Virus record (IMG/VR): IMGVR_UViG_3300038696_000205
Location: 55,323 to 119,322 of that record
Origin: a virus
Strand: one strand, 5' to 3'
Length of the DNA stretch: 64,000 nt
Shown: positions 40,888 through 49,779 of the stretch, piece by piece
How the letters are laid out: every line of letters starts with the position of its first letter
Numbering within the stretch: position 1 is the first letter of the stretch
Translations under genes and position numbers: made by a program
Notes under the pieces: model-generated
Seen by the model: only the letters and a program-made list of their open reading frames with translations
Told to the model about the DNA's origin: nothing
Database searches by the model: none

Positions 40888-41434
40888 ATTTATAACTCTT
40901 TTTTTCACCATTTGCTTTACTGTAAACAATTTTATTGGGTTTGATAACTATAGGTTCATCTAGGGTTTGGGTATATTTCTTACCCTTACCAGCCTTAACA
41001 TAAAATAAAGTTACGTGAGCGTGATAATCTGGATAATTACTAGTAAATGGAAGTTTTTTAAATTTATCGTTCATCTTAACAAGCTCCTTGTTTTCCACAT
41101 CGAACTTAACAACATCAAATCCCTTATCCGCATTATCAAAAATACTGATTTTATCTAACATTAATTCTGGTGCAACTAGTGCATCGATTAATTCTTCAAC
41201 ATCCTCGTCTGGCACATCACTATGGATACCACATAAAACCGTTACATGTGGTTCTGTTTCCCTACCATATCCAGGGTCTTCTTTTGTACCCAGGTACAAG
41301 TCTTCTTCCTCGACTAACCCCTGAATTTCTTTTTGTTTTTCATTATTTAATTCTAGATAAAGCATAACACAACCATATTTATGTTTTTCCTTACCCTCGG
41401 TAATCAATTCTGTGTAAATTTTATTTAATTTCAT
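40880..41434 (-). CDS. 2H phosphoesterase, Acb1 (T4 57B)-like
   Basis: Two HxT motifs: PHVTV and AHVTL. Confidence 0.75.
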   Translation of the reverse strand: MKLNKIYTELITEGKEKHKYGCVMLYLELNNEKQKEIQGLVEEEDLYLGTKEDPGYGRETEPHVTVLCGIHSDVPDEDVEELIDALVAPELMLDKISIFDNADKGFDVVKFDVENKELVKMNDKFKKLPFTSNYPDYHAHVTLFYVKAGKGKKYTQTLDEPIVIKPNKIVYSKANGEKKSYKFK

Positions 41435-41445
41435 CTTATTATTTT

Positions 41446-41715
41446 TTATTTTTGTTTTTTAACCCAAACAATAAAGTCATTTATCTTATCATTGGTTAAT
41501 AATTTATCTACGGTATTGTAGGTTTCACCTAATTCTCTATGTGTAAAAAATTTATGGATAGTCTTATGACACATCCTACATAACTCGGCCCTTCTCTTAG
41601 TCATATCCAACCTAGTGAACATGCGCTTACACCAACTCTTACTGTGCACTTGTTTTGGTATAAGGTGGTGAGAGGTCAAGGTTTGTTCCCTATTGCACAA
41701 TTCACACTTATCCAT
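41446..41715 (-). CDS. small HNH protein
   Basis: CELC...HHLIPK...LCRMCHKTIH. Confidence 0.75.
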   Translation of the reverse strand: MDKCELCNREQTLTSHHLIPKQVHSKSWCKRMFTRLDMTKRRAELCRMCHKTIHKFFTHRELGETYNTVDKLLTNDKINDFIVWVKKQK

Positions 41716-42236
41716 TAAAACCCCCTATATATTAAAACATCATTTTCCCAATCAAAGGATTTTAAAATCCTAACAAGTTCAAAAACCTCATATTCGTATT
41801 TCCAACTCGAAACTATTGTTTTATTTTTTTCGTCTATATCATAAGGCCAAATTTCCCAACTAGAACCACCCCACTCGTTAATCATTGTTTTAGTGTGGAT
41901 TATGTGCTTATCCAGTGGTTCGTCTTTTAAATTCTGATACCAAGATAAAACTTTAACCCTATAATCCTCTATTAGGGCCAATAACAACTCTTTTTTAGCT
42001 ATCGAACATTCACAATCGGAATCTTTATATTTGGTAAAAAAATCTGACTTTAAGTCATCAATTGGGAAATCACAATATTTGCCTAGTTCATGAATATCCT
42101 CTAACTCTGGTATATCAAAAACTGAAAAATAGTTATCTTCTCCATCATATTTTTTACATAACTCAGCCGTACTTAGGTCTTTAATTTCTTCATAAACCGA
42201 TTTTGGGATTCTGGATAAATAATTTCTATAACCCAT
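41715..42236 (-). CDS. hypothetical protein
   Basis: ORF track. Confidence 0.7.
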   Translation of the reverse strand: MGYRNYLSRIPKSVYEEIKDLSTAELCKKYDGEDNYFSVFDIPELEDIHELGKYCDFPIDDLKSDFFTKYKDSDCECSIAKKELLLALIEDYRVKVLSWYQNLKDEPLDKHIIHTKTMINEWGGSSWEIWPYDIDEKNKTIVSSWKYEYEVFELVRILKSFDWENDVLIYRGF

Positions 42237-42239
42237 CGA

Positions 42240-42626
42240 TTAATCTTTTATTATTTGTTTCAACTTTTTTTCCTTAACTTTTTTTCTTTTCTTTTCCTTC
42301 TCTTCTTTTTCTTTTCTTTTCTTTTCCACCTCAACTTGAATTAAGAATTCTGCCTGAACAGCTTCTTTAAATTTAGTTAATGTCGAGATTAGGGTATCCA
42401 GCTTATACAAGGAATTTTCCCTATCATATTCCCCATCACTAGAAATAGTTAATTTAACGATTTCAGAACAATCGGTAATAATCAAATTATAATCGACCAT
42501 TCTTTCCGTTTCTGTTATTTCATGCCATTCACTTCTGATAATATCAGTAAGTATGGAGGCAATTGTCTCTTGCCCTGGTAAATTTAAAAACTCTTTTTTT
42601 GAGTATATAACGTCTTTTCTTTTCAT
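42240..42626 (-). CDS. hypothetical protein
   Basis: ORF track. Confidence 0.65.
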   Translation of the reverse strand: MKRKDVIYSKKEFLNLPGQETIASILTDIIRSEWHEITETERMVDYNLIITDCSEIVKLTISSDGEYDRENSLYKLDTLISTLTKFKEAVQAEFLIQVEVEKKRKEKEEKEKKRKKVKEKKLKQIIKD

Positions 42627-42907
42627 ATCATTTATTAGTTATAAAGTTATCATCCAAGTATTTGATACATAACTTTGTTAGTTCTTCACCATCAAAATAA
42701 TCATTATCTGAACCTAATTGAATTAACGCACCCAAGCCATTACATAATGTAGTAATGTCCAACATTACCATTTCCTTAGCGGTACCATTTCCATCCACAC
42801 CTAAAACTTTATTTTATGGTTTGGATATTTTAATAGATGGCTCTCTATCACTATCTAAATCTATTAATATAATATTTTTCATAATCAAATATAGTATTTT
42901 ATTATTA

Positions 42908-43159
42908 TTAAATCAAGTTATCAGTAGTGAATTTTAGGTCACTAATGATATTATCAACTATTTCAACTGAAATTAATTGTTCGAAAAAACCACACCAAAA
43001 ATTACGATGTTGCATTAAATTACCATTATCGGCTTTAAGTTTCATACAGGTATCCTTGTACTCATCAACAAACCACCATTTATTTGAATATTTTATCAAT
43101 TTTAACTCAAGTTCCGAATTGGTTAAAAATATGAACCCAAATCTATATTTAAAAACCAA
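42908..43159 (-). CDS. hypothetical protein
   Basis: ORF track. Confidence 0.45.
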   Translation of the reverse strand: MVFKYRFGFIFLTNSELELKLIKYSNKWWFVDEYKDTCMKLKADNGNLMQHRNFWCGFFEQLISVEIVDNIISDLKFTTDNLI

Positions 43160-43295
43160 TGTTCTTTGATTGCTAATAAATTTTCTTTTGCTATTTCTAA
43201 ATTATCCCAAGATAATGTAATTACATCGCTAGTATCCTCCGATGTAAACGAATTACCAGTGGTATATTCTATTTTTATTGTATATCTACCCATTT

Positions 43296-43823
43296 CTATG
43301 TTTTAAAATTATAATTCAATGATTGCATATCAACATGTTGTTTAATATTTTTATCCACATGTTCGGCTGACCATATAATATCCGTATCTCTCCAACTTTT
43401 TTGTAAATCAGATTTACTGTATTTATGTGCCTTTGTTATATCGGTCGTATAACCGTTACCACCCTTGGCCCACCACAATATTGAATTACCAACGTAGCTT
43501 CGCCTGTCTTGTACATAATATGTATCATCCTCTGGCAAGTTTTTAATGGCAACACGTCTCTCTATATTAACTATTTGACTTCTTTTGACCACTTCCCCAT
43601 TGGTGTATCTGATAACATCGGATTCTTTACGTCTACGGACCTTAACCGTTAAGTAATCAATATTCTCACCATTACTTAATAAGGTGCAACTATCGTAATC
43701 AACAATAGCCCTACTCTTAGCATGACCCCTTGTACCATAATAAATGCAATCATCTTCGTCAACAAAGTAAGGTTCATCTAGATTAGACTTATTTATGCTC
43801 CATGCTTTTTCTAATATTTCCAT
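43296..43823 (-). CDS. hypothetical protein
   Basis: ORF track; promoter at ~43839. Confidence 0.75.
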   Translation of the reverse strand: MEILEKAWSINKSNLDEPYFVDEDDCIYYGTRGHAKSRAIVDYDSCTLLSNGENIDYLTVKVRRRKESDVIRYTNGEVVKRSQIVNIERRVAIKNLPEDDTYYVQDRRSYVGNSILWWAKGGNGYTTDITKAHKYSKSDLQKSWRDTDIIWSAEHVDKNIKQHVDMQSLNYNFKT

Positions 43824-43872
43824 AAAACTTATTTAGATTACAAATATACGACTTTTAAATTATATATGCAAT

Positions 43873-43901
43873 AAAAAAAGTCATAACTTTCGTCATGACT
43901 T
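43873..43901 (-). terminator. terminator at end of tRNA array C
   Basis: AAGTCATG-loop-TATGACTT followed by a T-run. Confidence 0.6.
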
Positions 43902-43976
43902 TGGAGCGGAAAATGAGATTCGAACTCACAACCTTTGAATCGGCAATCCAATACTCTACCGTTGAGCTACTTCCGC
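43902..43976 (-). tRNA. tRNA-Gly(GCC)
   Basis: Full cloverleaf, loop TT-GCC-GA, encoded CCA. Confidence 0.92.
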
Positions 43977-43986
43977 ATTATTTATT

Positions 43987-44634
43987 CTAATAGCTTTTAC
44001 CCCCTTTATATCTTTCTCTCCTACTGTACCTACCATTACCACTATTTAACGCTTTATAAGTAGGGGTCAATGAATGACAATTAGGGCAAAGTAATTTTAA
44101 ATTATCTAATGAATTATTACTTGAGTTACCATCAATATGTTCTAATTCAATTGGCACCTTACCACTATGGGGGTTAACTTCACGCCAACCACAACCCATA
44201 CATTTTTTACCATTCTTATAAATTAAATATTTTCTATATTGCCCGACAAATAATGTAGTATCACCTTCTTCAATTTTTTCAAATATTATTTTTCTATTAT
44301 AATTTTGCTGACAAGTATTATCGCAAAATTTATTTAATACTAAATTGCCACAACCCAAACATTCATTAAGTGATTTTAACCTTAACTTATTATTATAAGT
44401 CGCACTACAAGAACGTGAACAAAATTTTTCACCTTTATTTTTTATTTCATTTCCACATTTAATGCAAATTTTAGATTCTTTAAATTTGTATTTGGATAAT
44501 GTTTCACCCATCTTACCTAATTTATTTCTAATTGCATTATTACCCCTTCCCGTTATTTCACTTATTTCATCGTAAGTTTTACCCTCTTTAAGTAATTTAA
44601 TACTAAATTTAATTTCCTTTTTACACCATTTCAT
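43987..44634 (-). CDS. HNH homing endonuclease
   Basis: ELEHIDGNSSNN...LLCPNCHS; zinc-ribbon repeats. Confidence 0.88.
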   Translation of the reverse strand: MKWCKKEIKFSIKLLKEGKTYDEISEITGRGNNAIRNKLGKMGETLSKYKFKESKICIKCGNEIKNKGEKFCSRSCSATYNNKLRLKSLNECLGCGNLVLNKFCDNTCQQNYNRKIIFEKIEEGDTTLFVGQYRKYLIYKNGKKCMGCGWREVNPHSGKVPIELEHIDGNSSNNSLDNLKLLCPNCHSLTPTYKALNSGNGRYSRRERYKGGKSY

Positions 44635-44695
44635 ATTTTATATATAATAAAATGAGCGGAAAAGTCAAGTCGAAATTATAATTAATTTCATTTTG

Positions 44696-44767
44696 AGCAC
44701 AAAATCAGATTCGAACTGATGACTAAGCTTTACAAGGGCCTTATTTTTCCAACTAAACTATGTGTGC
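44696..44767 (-). tRNA. tRNA-Thr(TGT)
   Basis: Cloverleaf, loop CT-TGT-AA. Confidence 0.8.
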
Positions 44768-44817
44768 ATTTATAGTCTTTCCTATCGTCAACCTTTGAAA
44801 GAGTAGTTATCTCCTAG

Positions 44818-44890
44818 TGCGAAAGAAGAGATTCGAACTCTCACTGTGGACTTGGAAGGCCCCTGTGCTAACCGTTAACACCACTCTCGC
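44818..44890 (-). tRNA. tRNA-Gly(TCC)
   Basis: Cloverleaf, loop CT-TCC-AA. Confidence 0.88.
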
Positions 44891-44972
44891 AATTTATGTG
44901 TCTCTCCACATCGTCACCCATTCCTTGAATTTCAACCACGCACAGTTATAGGTATCCTTGCGCTAATATTAA

Positions 44973-45431
44973 TTAATTTATATATTTACCATAATTTTTA
45001 CCAGCGTATGTATCAGTTTGAGAATGACAATTAGGACATAAAAAACGTAAATTATTTAACCGATTATCGTTTCTAATACCATTTATGTGGTCTAACTGTA
45101 ATTTTATTACTCTATCCATCCACTCACCTTCGTTACCACACCCACAACATTTATATTCTACTATATTTTCACTTATAATTCTTTTCTTTAAACTAGTGTT
45201 ATTAGTGTATTTTGAATCTTTAACTAAAATTTCAACCATTGGTGTTTTATTTTTAACATTCCTCAAATGTTTACTATTCAACCTTAGCATATGGTCAACA
45301 TTCAACCCCTCATTATCAATACGCTCTTTAATGCTTTTATGTATTGCACCACTTTTATTTTTATACCCTAATTTACGTAAAATATCCGTAATAGAATCAC
45401 TATTTTTCACTAACTTTTTAAACTCACTCAA
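44973..45431 (-). CDS. HNH homing endonuclease
   Basis: LQLDHINGIRNDNRLNNLRFLCPNCHS. Confidence 0.88.
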   Translation of the reverse strand: MSEFKKLVKNSDSITDILRKLGYKNKSGAIHKSIKERIDNEGLNVDHMLRLNSKHLRNVKNKTPMVEILVKDSKYTNNTSLKKRIISENIVEYKCCGCGNEGEWMDRVIKLQLDHINGIRNDNRLNNLRFLCPNCHSQTDTYAGKNYGKYIN

Positions 45432-45520
45432 TTCAATAGAATTAATTCTATTTTTTTTTTAACATTTTTAATATTTAATTATAAATATGATAATAAAAGT
45501 AAAAGACCTAATATCTTATA

Positions 45521-45561
45521 CTTTACAGTCCCGCTGCCGTATCCGAACGACTTTCACCCCC
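45521..45561 (-). pseudogene. 5' half of tRNA-Tyr(GTA)
   Basis: GGGGTGAAAGTCGTTCGGATACGGCAGCGGGA-CT-GTA-AA, then sequence switches to the HNH upstream region; no 3' half seen. Confidence 0.6.
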
Positions 45562-45568
45562 AATTTAG

Positions 45569-45640
45569 TACCCCCAGAGAATTTTGAAATCTCGACTCCC
45601 CCGTTAAAAGCGGGGTGCTCTGCCTCTGAGCTATGAGGGC
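45569..45640 (-). tRNA. tRNA-Lys(TTT)
   Basis: CCCCG-CT-TTT-AA-CGGGG. Confidence 0.88.
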
Positions 45641-45722
45641 GTTTTGAATGTGTCCACTTTCCACCTATCGGGTCTTTCACCTGTCAAAACGGGTGGTGCG
45701 TTACACATTCAATTTTTATTTG

Positions 45723-45793
45723 AGCACAATGTGGGAATCAAACCCCGTCCTCTGCTTGGAAGGCAAATGCTTTATCATTAAGCTACATCATGC
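45723..45793 (-). tRNA. tRNA-Gly(TCC)
   Basis: TTTGC-CT-TCC-AA-GCAGA. Confidence 0.85.
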
Positions 45794-45911
45794 ATTAAAT
45801 GATTTCAATAAATAGATGTATCATGAATTTACTATTTATTTCAAACGCAACTATCCCAAGTCTCACCGAGGCGTTACAGACGTGCTTGTACATTGCACGA
45901 ATAATCATTTG

Positions 45912-45982
45912 AACCACCACACGGAAACGAGCCGAGATTTTATCCCTACCAAGGACACGTAATACCATTATACCATGGCGGC
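45912..45982 (-). tRNA. tRNA-Thr(GGT), degenerate T-loop
   Basis: TGTCC-TT-GGT-AG-GGATA; T-loop CTCGTTT. Confidence 0.65.
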
Positions 45983-45989
45983 AATTTGT

Positions 45990-46075
45990 TGGGTAATGAG
46001 GATTTGAACCTCTCAGTCAATAAACAACACCCTTACGTATGGTGCTATCGATTCACACATCGATTAGTTACCTGT
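45990..46075 (-). ncRNA. tRNA-like RNA with palindromic D-arm and 9-nt anticodon loop
   Basis: T-arm GAGG-TTCAAAT-CCTC; partial acceptor pairing GGTAA/TTACC. Confidence 0.4.
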
Positions 46076-46114
46076 GATAGTTTTTATTAAGTTCAGTTCT
46101 ATCAACTGACACAG

Positions 46115-46189
46115 TTCCCCCAGTCGGGTTCGAACCGACATTGATGCCTAGTTAAAAGCTAGGTGCTTTACCCAGTCAGCCATGGGGGA
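46115..46189 (-). tRNA. tRNA-Lys(TTT)
   Basis: CCTAG-CT-TTT-AA-CTAGG. Confidence 0.9.
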
Positions 46190-46195
46190 ATATTG

Positions 46196-46277
46196 TGGGG
46201 GTAGAGGGATTCGAACCCCCAATGTCGTAAGACCACAGATTTACAGTCTGCTGAGCAACCAGTTGCTCAATACCCCC
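46196..46277 (-). tRNA. tRNA-Tyr(GTA)
   Basis: GCAGA-CT-GTA-AA-TCTGT, long variable arm. Confidence 0.92.
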
Positions 46278-46286
46278 ATTAATTTG

Positions 46287-46357
46287 TCGATAGACCAAGA
46301 ATCGAACTCAGTCCTTAACCCCCAATGGGTCACATGCTTTCATTACACCATCTACCG
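46287..46357 (-). tRNA. atypical tRNA: Pro-type acceptor (C1:G72, A73), loop CA-TTG-GG
   Basis: Well-formed cloverleaf with A33. Confidence 0.6.
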
Positions 46358-46361
46358 TTAG

Positions 46362-46435
46362 TTGGGGTGGAGGGATTTGAACCCCCAATCTGAAATGGCT
46401 CAAAACCACCCGTAATACCATTATACCACACCCCA
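46362..46435 (-). tRNA. tRNA-Gln(TTG)
   Basis: U1:A72; GGTGG-TT-TTG-AG-CCATT. Confidence 0.88.
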
Positions 46436-46444
46436 ATATACTTG

Positions 46445-46515
46445 TTACTCCACCAAGGTTCGAACTTGGGATACGAGAATCAAAATCTCGTGTCTTACCA
46501 CTACACCATGGAGCA
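46445..46515 (-). tRNA. tRNA-Gln(TTG)
   Basis: U1:A72; CGAGA-TT-TTG-AT-TCTCG. Confidence 0.9.
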
Positions 46516-46523
46516 AAAACTTG

Positions 46524-46597
46524 TAAGGAGAATGGGATTCGAACCCACGACCTCGCCCGTCCAAGGGGCGTAAACAACCTGACCGTTATCTCTCCTT
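46524..46597 (-). tRNA. tRNA-Pro(TGG)
   Basis: CGCCC-CT-TGG-AC-GGGCG; atypical A1:U72. Confidence 0.85.
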
Positions 46598-46659
46598 ATA
46601 TAAACTTTTATTAATAATAAAACTAATAGTACCTTTAGATGATATATTATGTTTATCCA

Positions 46660-46911
46660 TTATTTCACTATATGTCTTACCACAATCCCCCCTTCAAATA
46701 TCTTATCTCCAAATTTCTGATAAGCTTGTAGTCTATGGGTCATTACAACTGACCTTAAACCTTTATATCTTATCGTAAAAAAATGATACCCACCAGTACT
46801 TATAGTATTCCTTGATAATTCATGTCCACGCAATCCAATAACATTACCCTTACTTGTGACCCTGTAACCTTTTTTATGTGCTTCTTTTAAAATCAATGAC
46901 ATTCCATTCAT
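46660..46911 (-). pseudogene. truncated HNH endonuclease
   Basis: THRLQA...VVRH, then a stop before the Asn/His of the HNH motif. Confidence 0.6.
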
Positions 46912-46943
46912 ATTATTCCTTATTTTTATTAACTTTCGGGCAT

Positions 46944-46981
46944 AAAAAAAGCCCAGTTAAAATCGGTTGATTAAACTGGGC
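46944..46981 (-). terminator. attenuator terminator C
   Basis: GCCCAGTT-loop-AACTGGGC-TTTTTTT. Confidence 0.9.
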
Positions 46982-47010
46982 CTGTTGTATTAGATTTAAG
47001 TATATGTATC

Positions 47011-47121
47011 TTATATTCCTGTTTCGGTTTTAGATGACGTTATACACAACATTCCCAGTCTGCTCGGCTTTTGGCCTTGCGGATACTGCTTCCCTTGATA
47101 TGTAGTTGTATAATTTTTCAT
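47011..47121 (-). CDS. leader peptide C (36 aa) MKNYTTTYQGKQYPQGQKPSRLGMLCITSSKTETGI
   Basis: Hand translation; A-rich start; residues 4-19 only Y/T/Q/G/K/P. Confidence 0.85.
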   Translation of the reverse strand: MKNYTTTYQGKQYPQGQKPSRLGMLCITSSKTETGI

Positions 47122-47139
47122 CTTATTTTTCTTTGTGGG

Positions 47140-47175
47140 TTTTAACCCTTTGTTATTAAATATACACAAATATAC
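47140..47175 (-). promoter_or_regulatory. promoter of leader C (TATATTTG + TATATTTAATAACAAAGGGTTAAA)
   Basis: Near-identical block upstream of leader A (61025-61060). Confidence 0.7.
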
Positions 47176-47303
47176 TAAAAAGTACATTAATGTGCAACTA
47201 TTTTTATTATTTTTTTTTAATTAACTGATAATCAGTTATTTTTATAATTCAGAATGGTCTTTTTTCTACATTTGAGAGTTTAGATGCTGAAATCATTCTT
47301 TAG

Positions 47304-47372
47304 TCAGGCCAGGAGAATCGACACTCCATCTTCATCCCCAATGGATGATATCTTCAATTAGACCATGGCCCG
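47304..47372 (-). tRNA. atypical tRNA: Pro-type acceptor (C1:G72, A73), loop CA-TTG-GG
   Basis: TCATC-CATTGGG-GATGA. Confidence 0.55.
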
Positions 47373-47378
47373 TTGCAG

Positions 47379-47443
47379 TTGAACTAGTGGGATTCGATAC
47401 CACATTACCTAATTAAGGTGACTTCAATTAGTCGATAGTTCAA
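47379..47443 (-). ncRNA. reduced tRNA-like RNA (short anticodon arm)
   Basis: Acceptor TTGAACT/AGTTCAA, D- and T-arm-like hairpins, ACCT-TAATT-AGGT. Confidence 0.4.
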
Positions 47444-47444
47444 G

Positions 47445-48235
47445 ATGAATGCTTGAGTGGTGGGCATATATGTTAAAATTTAATAGGGTTTCCCCTCTTA
47501 CACACACCTTTCATTTCTGTCAGGTAGTCAACATTAAGGTAGCATTAGAGTTGCTATTACTCACTACACACGTTAATATAAACTTTCTTCAACACCCAGT
47601 CTCCTTGCGAGAGTTCAGAGGGGCAAACCTCTTACTAATGACATTTACTAGAAGTTTCAGTCTTGGCCTTGTGAGCTTACTAACTGCCTATATATTTCAA
47701 TAGGATAACTTAATTTTCAACGTATGTTCAACAGAACTTTTACTTTTGTTATCATTTAAAGATATTTTTTTGTTATTCTCTTAAATCCAGGATGTGTCTG
47801 TTGATTGACAATCGTACTACCTTTTGAGTAGGTTAGATTACGACACCCCAATGTACCTTTTTACAGCTACGTCAATAAATTCACTTCAAACCTTATTGTA
47901 AGCCCCAACCGAAGTCAGGTAACTTACTAGTTATCCCATGAACTTTCATGATGAATTAAGCCTCTAGGATTTTTAATCCCCTTGACCCAATTCTAACTAT
48001 TCATTTATTTGTATTTCTACATCAACACCCAACGAGAAAATTGAATGTAGCACCTCCGAGCAGTGCTCTCTTAGTGCCGTAAATAGCTTGCTTACACGGA
48101 TTACATAAATGTAACGCAATAGCTGTTTCCGAAACTACTGCTTTATCCCATCACTGGATTATCCTTAATTACCCGAAGGTAAATGGAGCATAAGCACCCC
48201 AATTTTTTAATATTTTAAAGAACGTTTGTTTTTTA
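47445..48235 (-). ncRNA. large (~0.8 kb) structured ncRNA, GOLLD-like candidate
   Basis: No credible ORF, raised GC, many hairpins, own TATATTTG promoter at ~48243, lies among tRNAs; family not verified. Confidence 0.55.
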
Positions 48236-48296
48236 TTACTCTGCAAATATACTACTTTAATTTGATACTTGCAAGATTTTTTTAAAAAACTTTTTG

Positions 48297-48365
48297 TAGA
48301 GTCAGAAGATTTGATACTTCATTTCCAAGCTTCACGCCAGGTGTCCTAACTTAGATGATAACTCC
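48297..48365 (-). pseudogene. degenerate tRNA (anticodon TGA or GTG, uncertain)
   Basis: Acceptor GGAGTTA/TGACTCT; weak anticodon and T arms. Confidence 0.4.
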
Positions 48366-48407
48366 GTTTTTAATACTCGACAAATATAATACTTTATTTT
48401 TAAATAG

Positions 48408-48740
48408 TCAAGCTTTTTTGAAAATATTTTTAATAAAAATAAAAATCCTTTCTTTTAATGATGCTTTATATAATTTATACTCTTCATCTTGGATACTATA
48501 ATTAGTGTCGTACTTTTTAATATACAGTAAACTTTTTCGTTTTCTGAATACACTTAGGTATTCGTAATTTTCACTAACTTCAAAAGTTTCTACCCATTCA
48601 TTGATTAGATTTATTTGAAGGTCTATATCTAGGTTGAGCTTATTAACTTCAAACTCAAACTTTAAAAGTAAAGCCTTTATTTGGTCGTTAACTAAATCAT
48701 CCTTTGAATATCTTATGTATTTGTATTTATTTAAATTCAT
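48408..48740 (-). CDS. hypothetical protein
   Basis: ORF track. Confidence 0.55.
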   Translation of the reverse strand: MNLNKYKYIRYSKDDLVNDQIKALLLKFEFEVNKLNLDIDLQINLINEWVETFEVSENYEYLSVFRKRKSLLYIKKYDTNYSIQDEEYKLYKASLKERIFIFIKNIFKKA

Positions 48741-48789
48741 AATACAAATATAATAATTTTTAATTCAATAAACAAGTTATAAATAACTT

Positions 48790-49266
48790 TTATTTGATTT
48801 TATTTCTGGCACCTAACTTAAAGACATACTCGAATAACTTATCAAAACGATTGTATAAGAAATTCATTATATCATTTAATAAGTCGGATAATACCCAGTT
48901 AATAAATGATAATGGAAAGAGAACCCACCATTTAATTATTTTATCTTTTATACCATATTTTTTATTATCAAAATCTTTTTTACTGGTTATTTTATTACCA
49001 TGAAAATATGTTCTAATCAGGGCATAAATAAATCCAATAATTAAATAGTATAAAAGATACCAAGGACTAAATGATTCCCTTATATCAAAATTAGAACCAC
49101 CTTGTATAAGTACTAAATACCCCAAAATTATAAATATTAACCAGAACCAACTATTATGTTTTTCACTAATTAGTAATACTATGGCCGAACCCACTGTGAG
49201 AAACCAAAAATTTAAAATACTCCCAAATAATGTAAACCCCACTAATATTTCTAAAAAATTTTCCAT
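48790..49266 (-). CDS. hypothetical membrane protein
   Basis: Hydrophobic segments. Confidence 0.7.
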   Translation of the reverse strand: MENFLEILVGFTLFGSILNFWFLTVGSAIVLLISEKHNSWFWLIFIILGYLVLIQGGSNFDIRESFSPWYLLYYLIIGFIYALIRTYFHGNKITSKKDFDNKKYGIKDKIIKWWVLFPLSFINWVLSDLLNDIMNFLYNRFDKLFEYVFKLGARNKIK

Positions 49267-49291
49267 ATTTATTTAAGTTAATTTTAAAATG

Positions 49292-49420
49292 ATTGACATA
49301 CAGAGGCCACACGGGGTCCAAACATTAGGCTTTTTATTAATCCACCTCACATCATTGCTGACGGGTCTCATTTCCGTATCTTTTCCTAACTTACAACCTT
49401 TTACGCATGTATGTCAAATC
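49292..49420 (-). ncRNA. putative structured RNA closed by TTGACATAC/GTATGTCAA
   Basis: 9-bp terminal inverted repeat around a GC-richer core. Confidence 0.4.
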
Positions 49421-49511
49421 ATTAAGCTAATTGGTATTTTTCGGTAGCAGAAATTATCTTTAAATAATCTCCCCCTTACTCATATTTAGCAAAAGAGTCA
49501 CTTCTTATTGG

Positions 49512-49599
49512 TTGGATTGTTAGGACTCGAACCTACGACCTTGGTTACTCCAACCGTAATCGGATGTTTTACCACGCTCTCCCACTGAGCTACAACCCA
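49512..49599 (-). ncRNA. tRNA-like RNA with enlarged anticodon arm
   Basis: Normal acceptor, D and T arms; TGGT-(25 nt)-ACCA. Confidence 0.55.
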
Positions 49600-49617
49600 A
49601 TATTAAACTAATACTTG

Positions 49618-49689
49618 TTATCTAGGTTGGGTTCGAACCAACAACCGAGCAGACAATGCCACCCACTCTACCAATTGAGCTACTAGATA
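49618..49689 (-). tRNA. atypical tRNA, loop CA-TTG-TC
   Basis: Perfect acceptor TATCTAG/CTAGATA, normal D and T arms, weak anticodon stem. Confidence 0.5.
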
Positions 49690-49695
49690 ATTTTG

Positions 49696-49769
49696 TGGTG
49701 GAGACTCGATTCGAACGAGTGACACCAAGGCGTTCGGTCCCTGTGCTCTACCAACTGAGCTACCCCACC
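49696..49769 (-). tRNA. tRNA-Phe-like (GAA) with irregular 8-nt loop ACCGAACG
   Basis: Phe-like body GGTGGGG/CTCCACC. Confidence 0.55.
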
Positions 49770-49779
49770 ATTAAATTAG

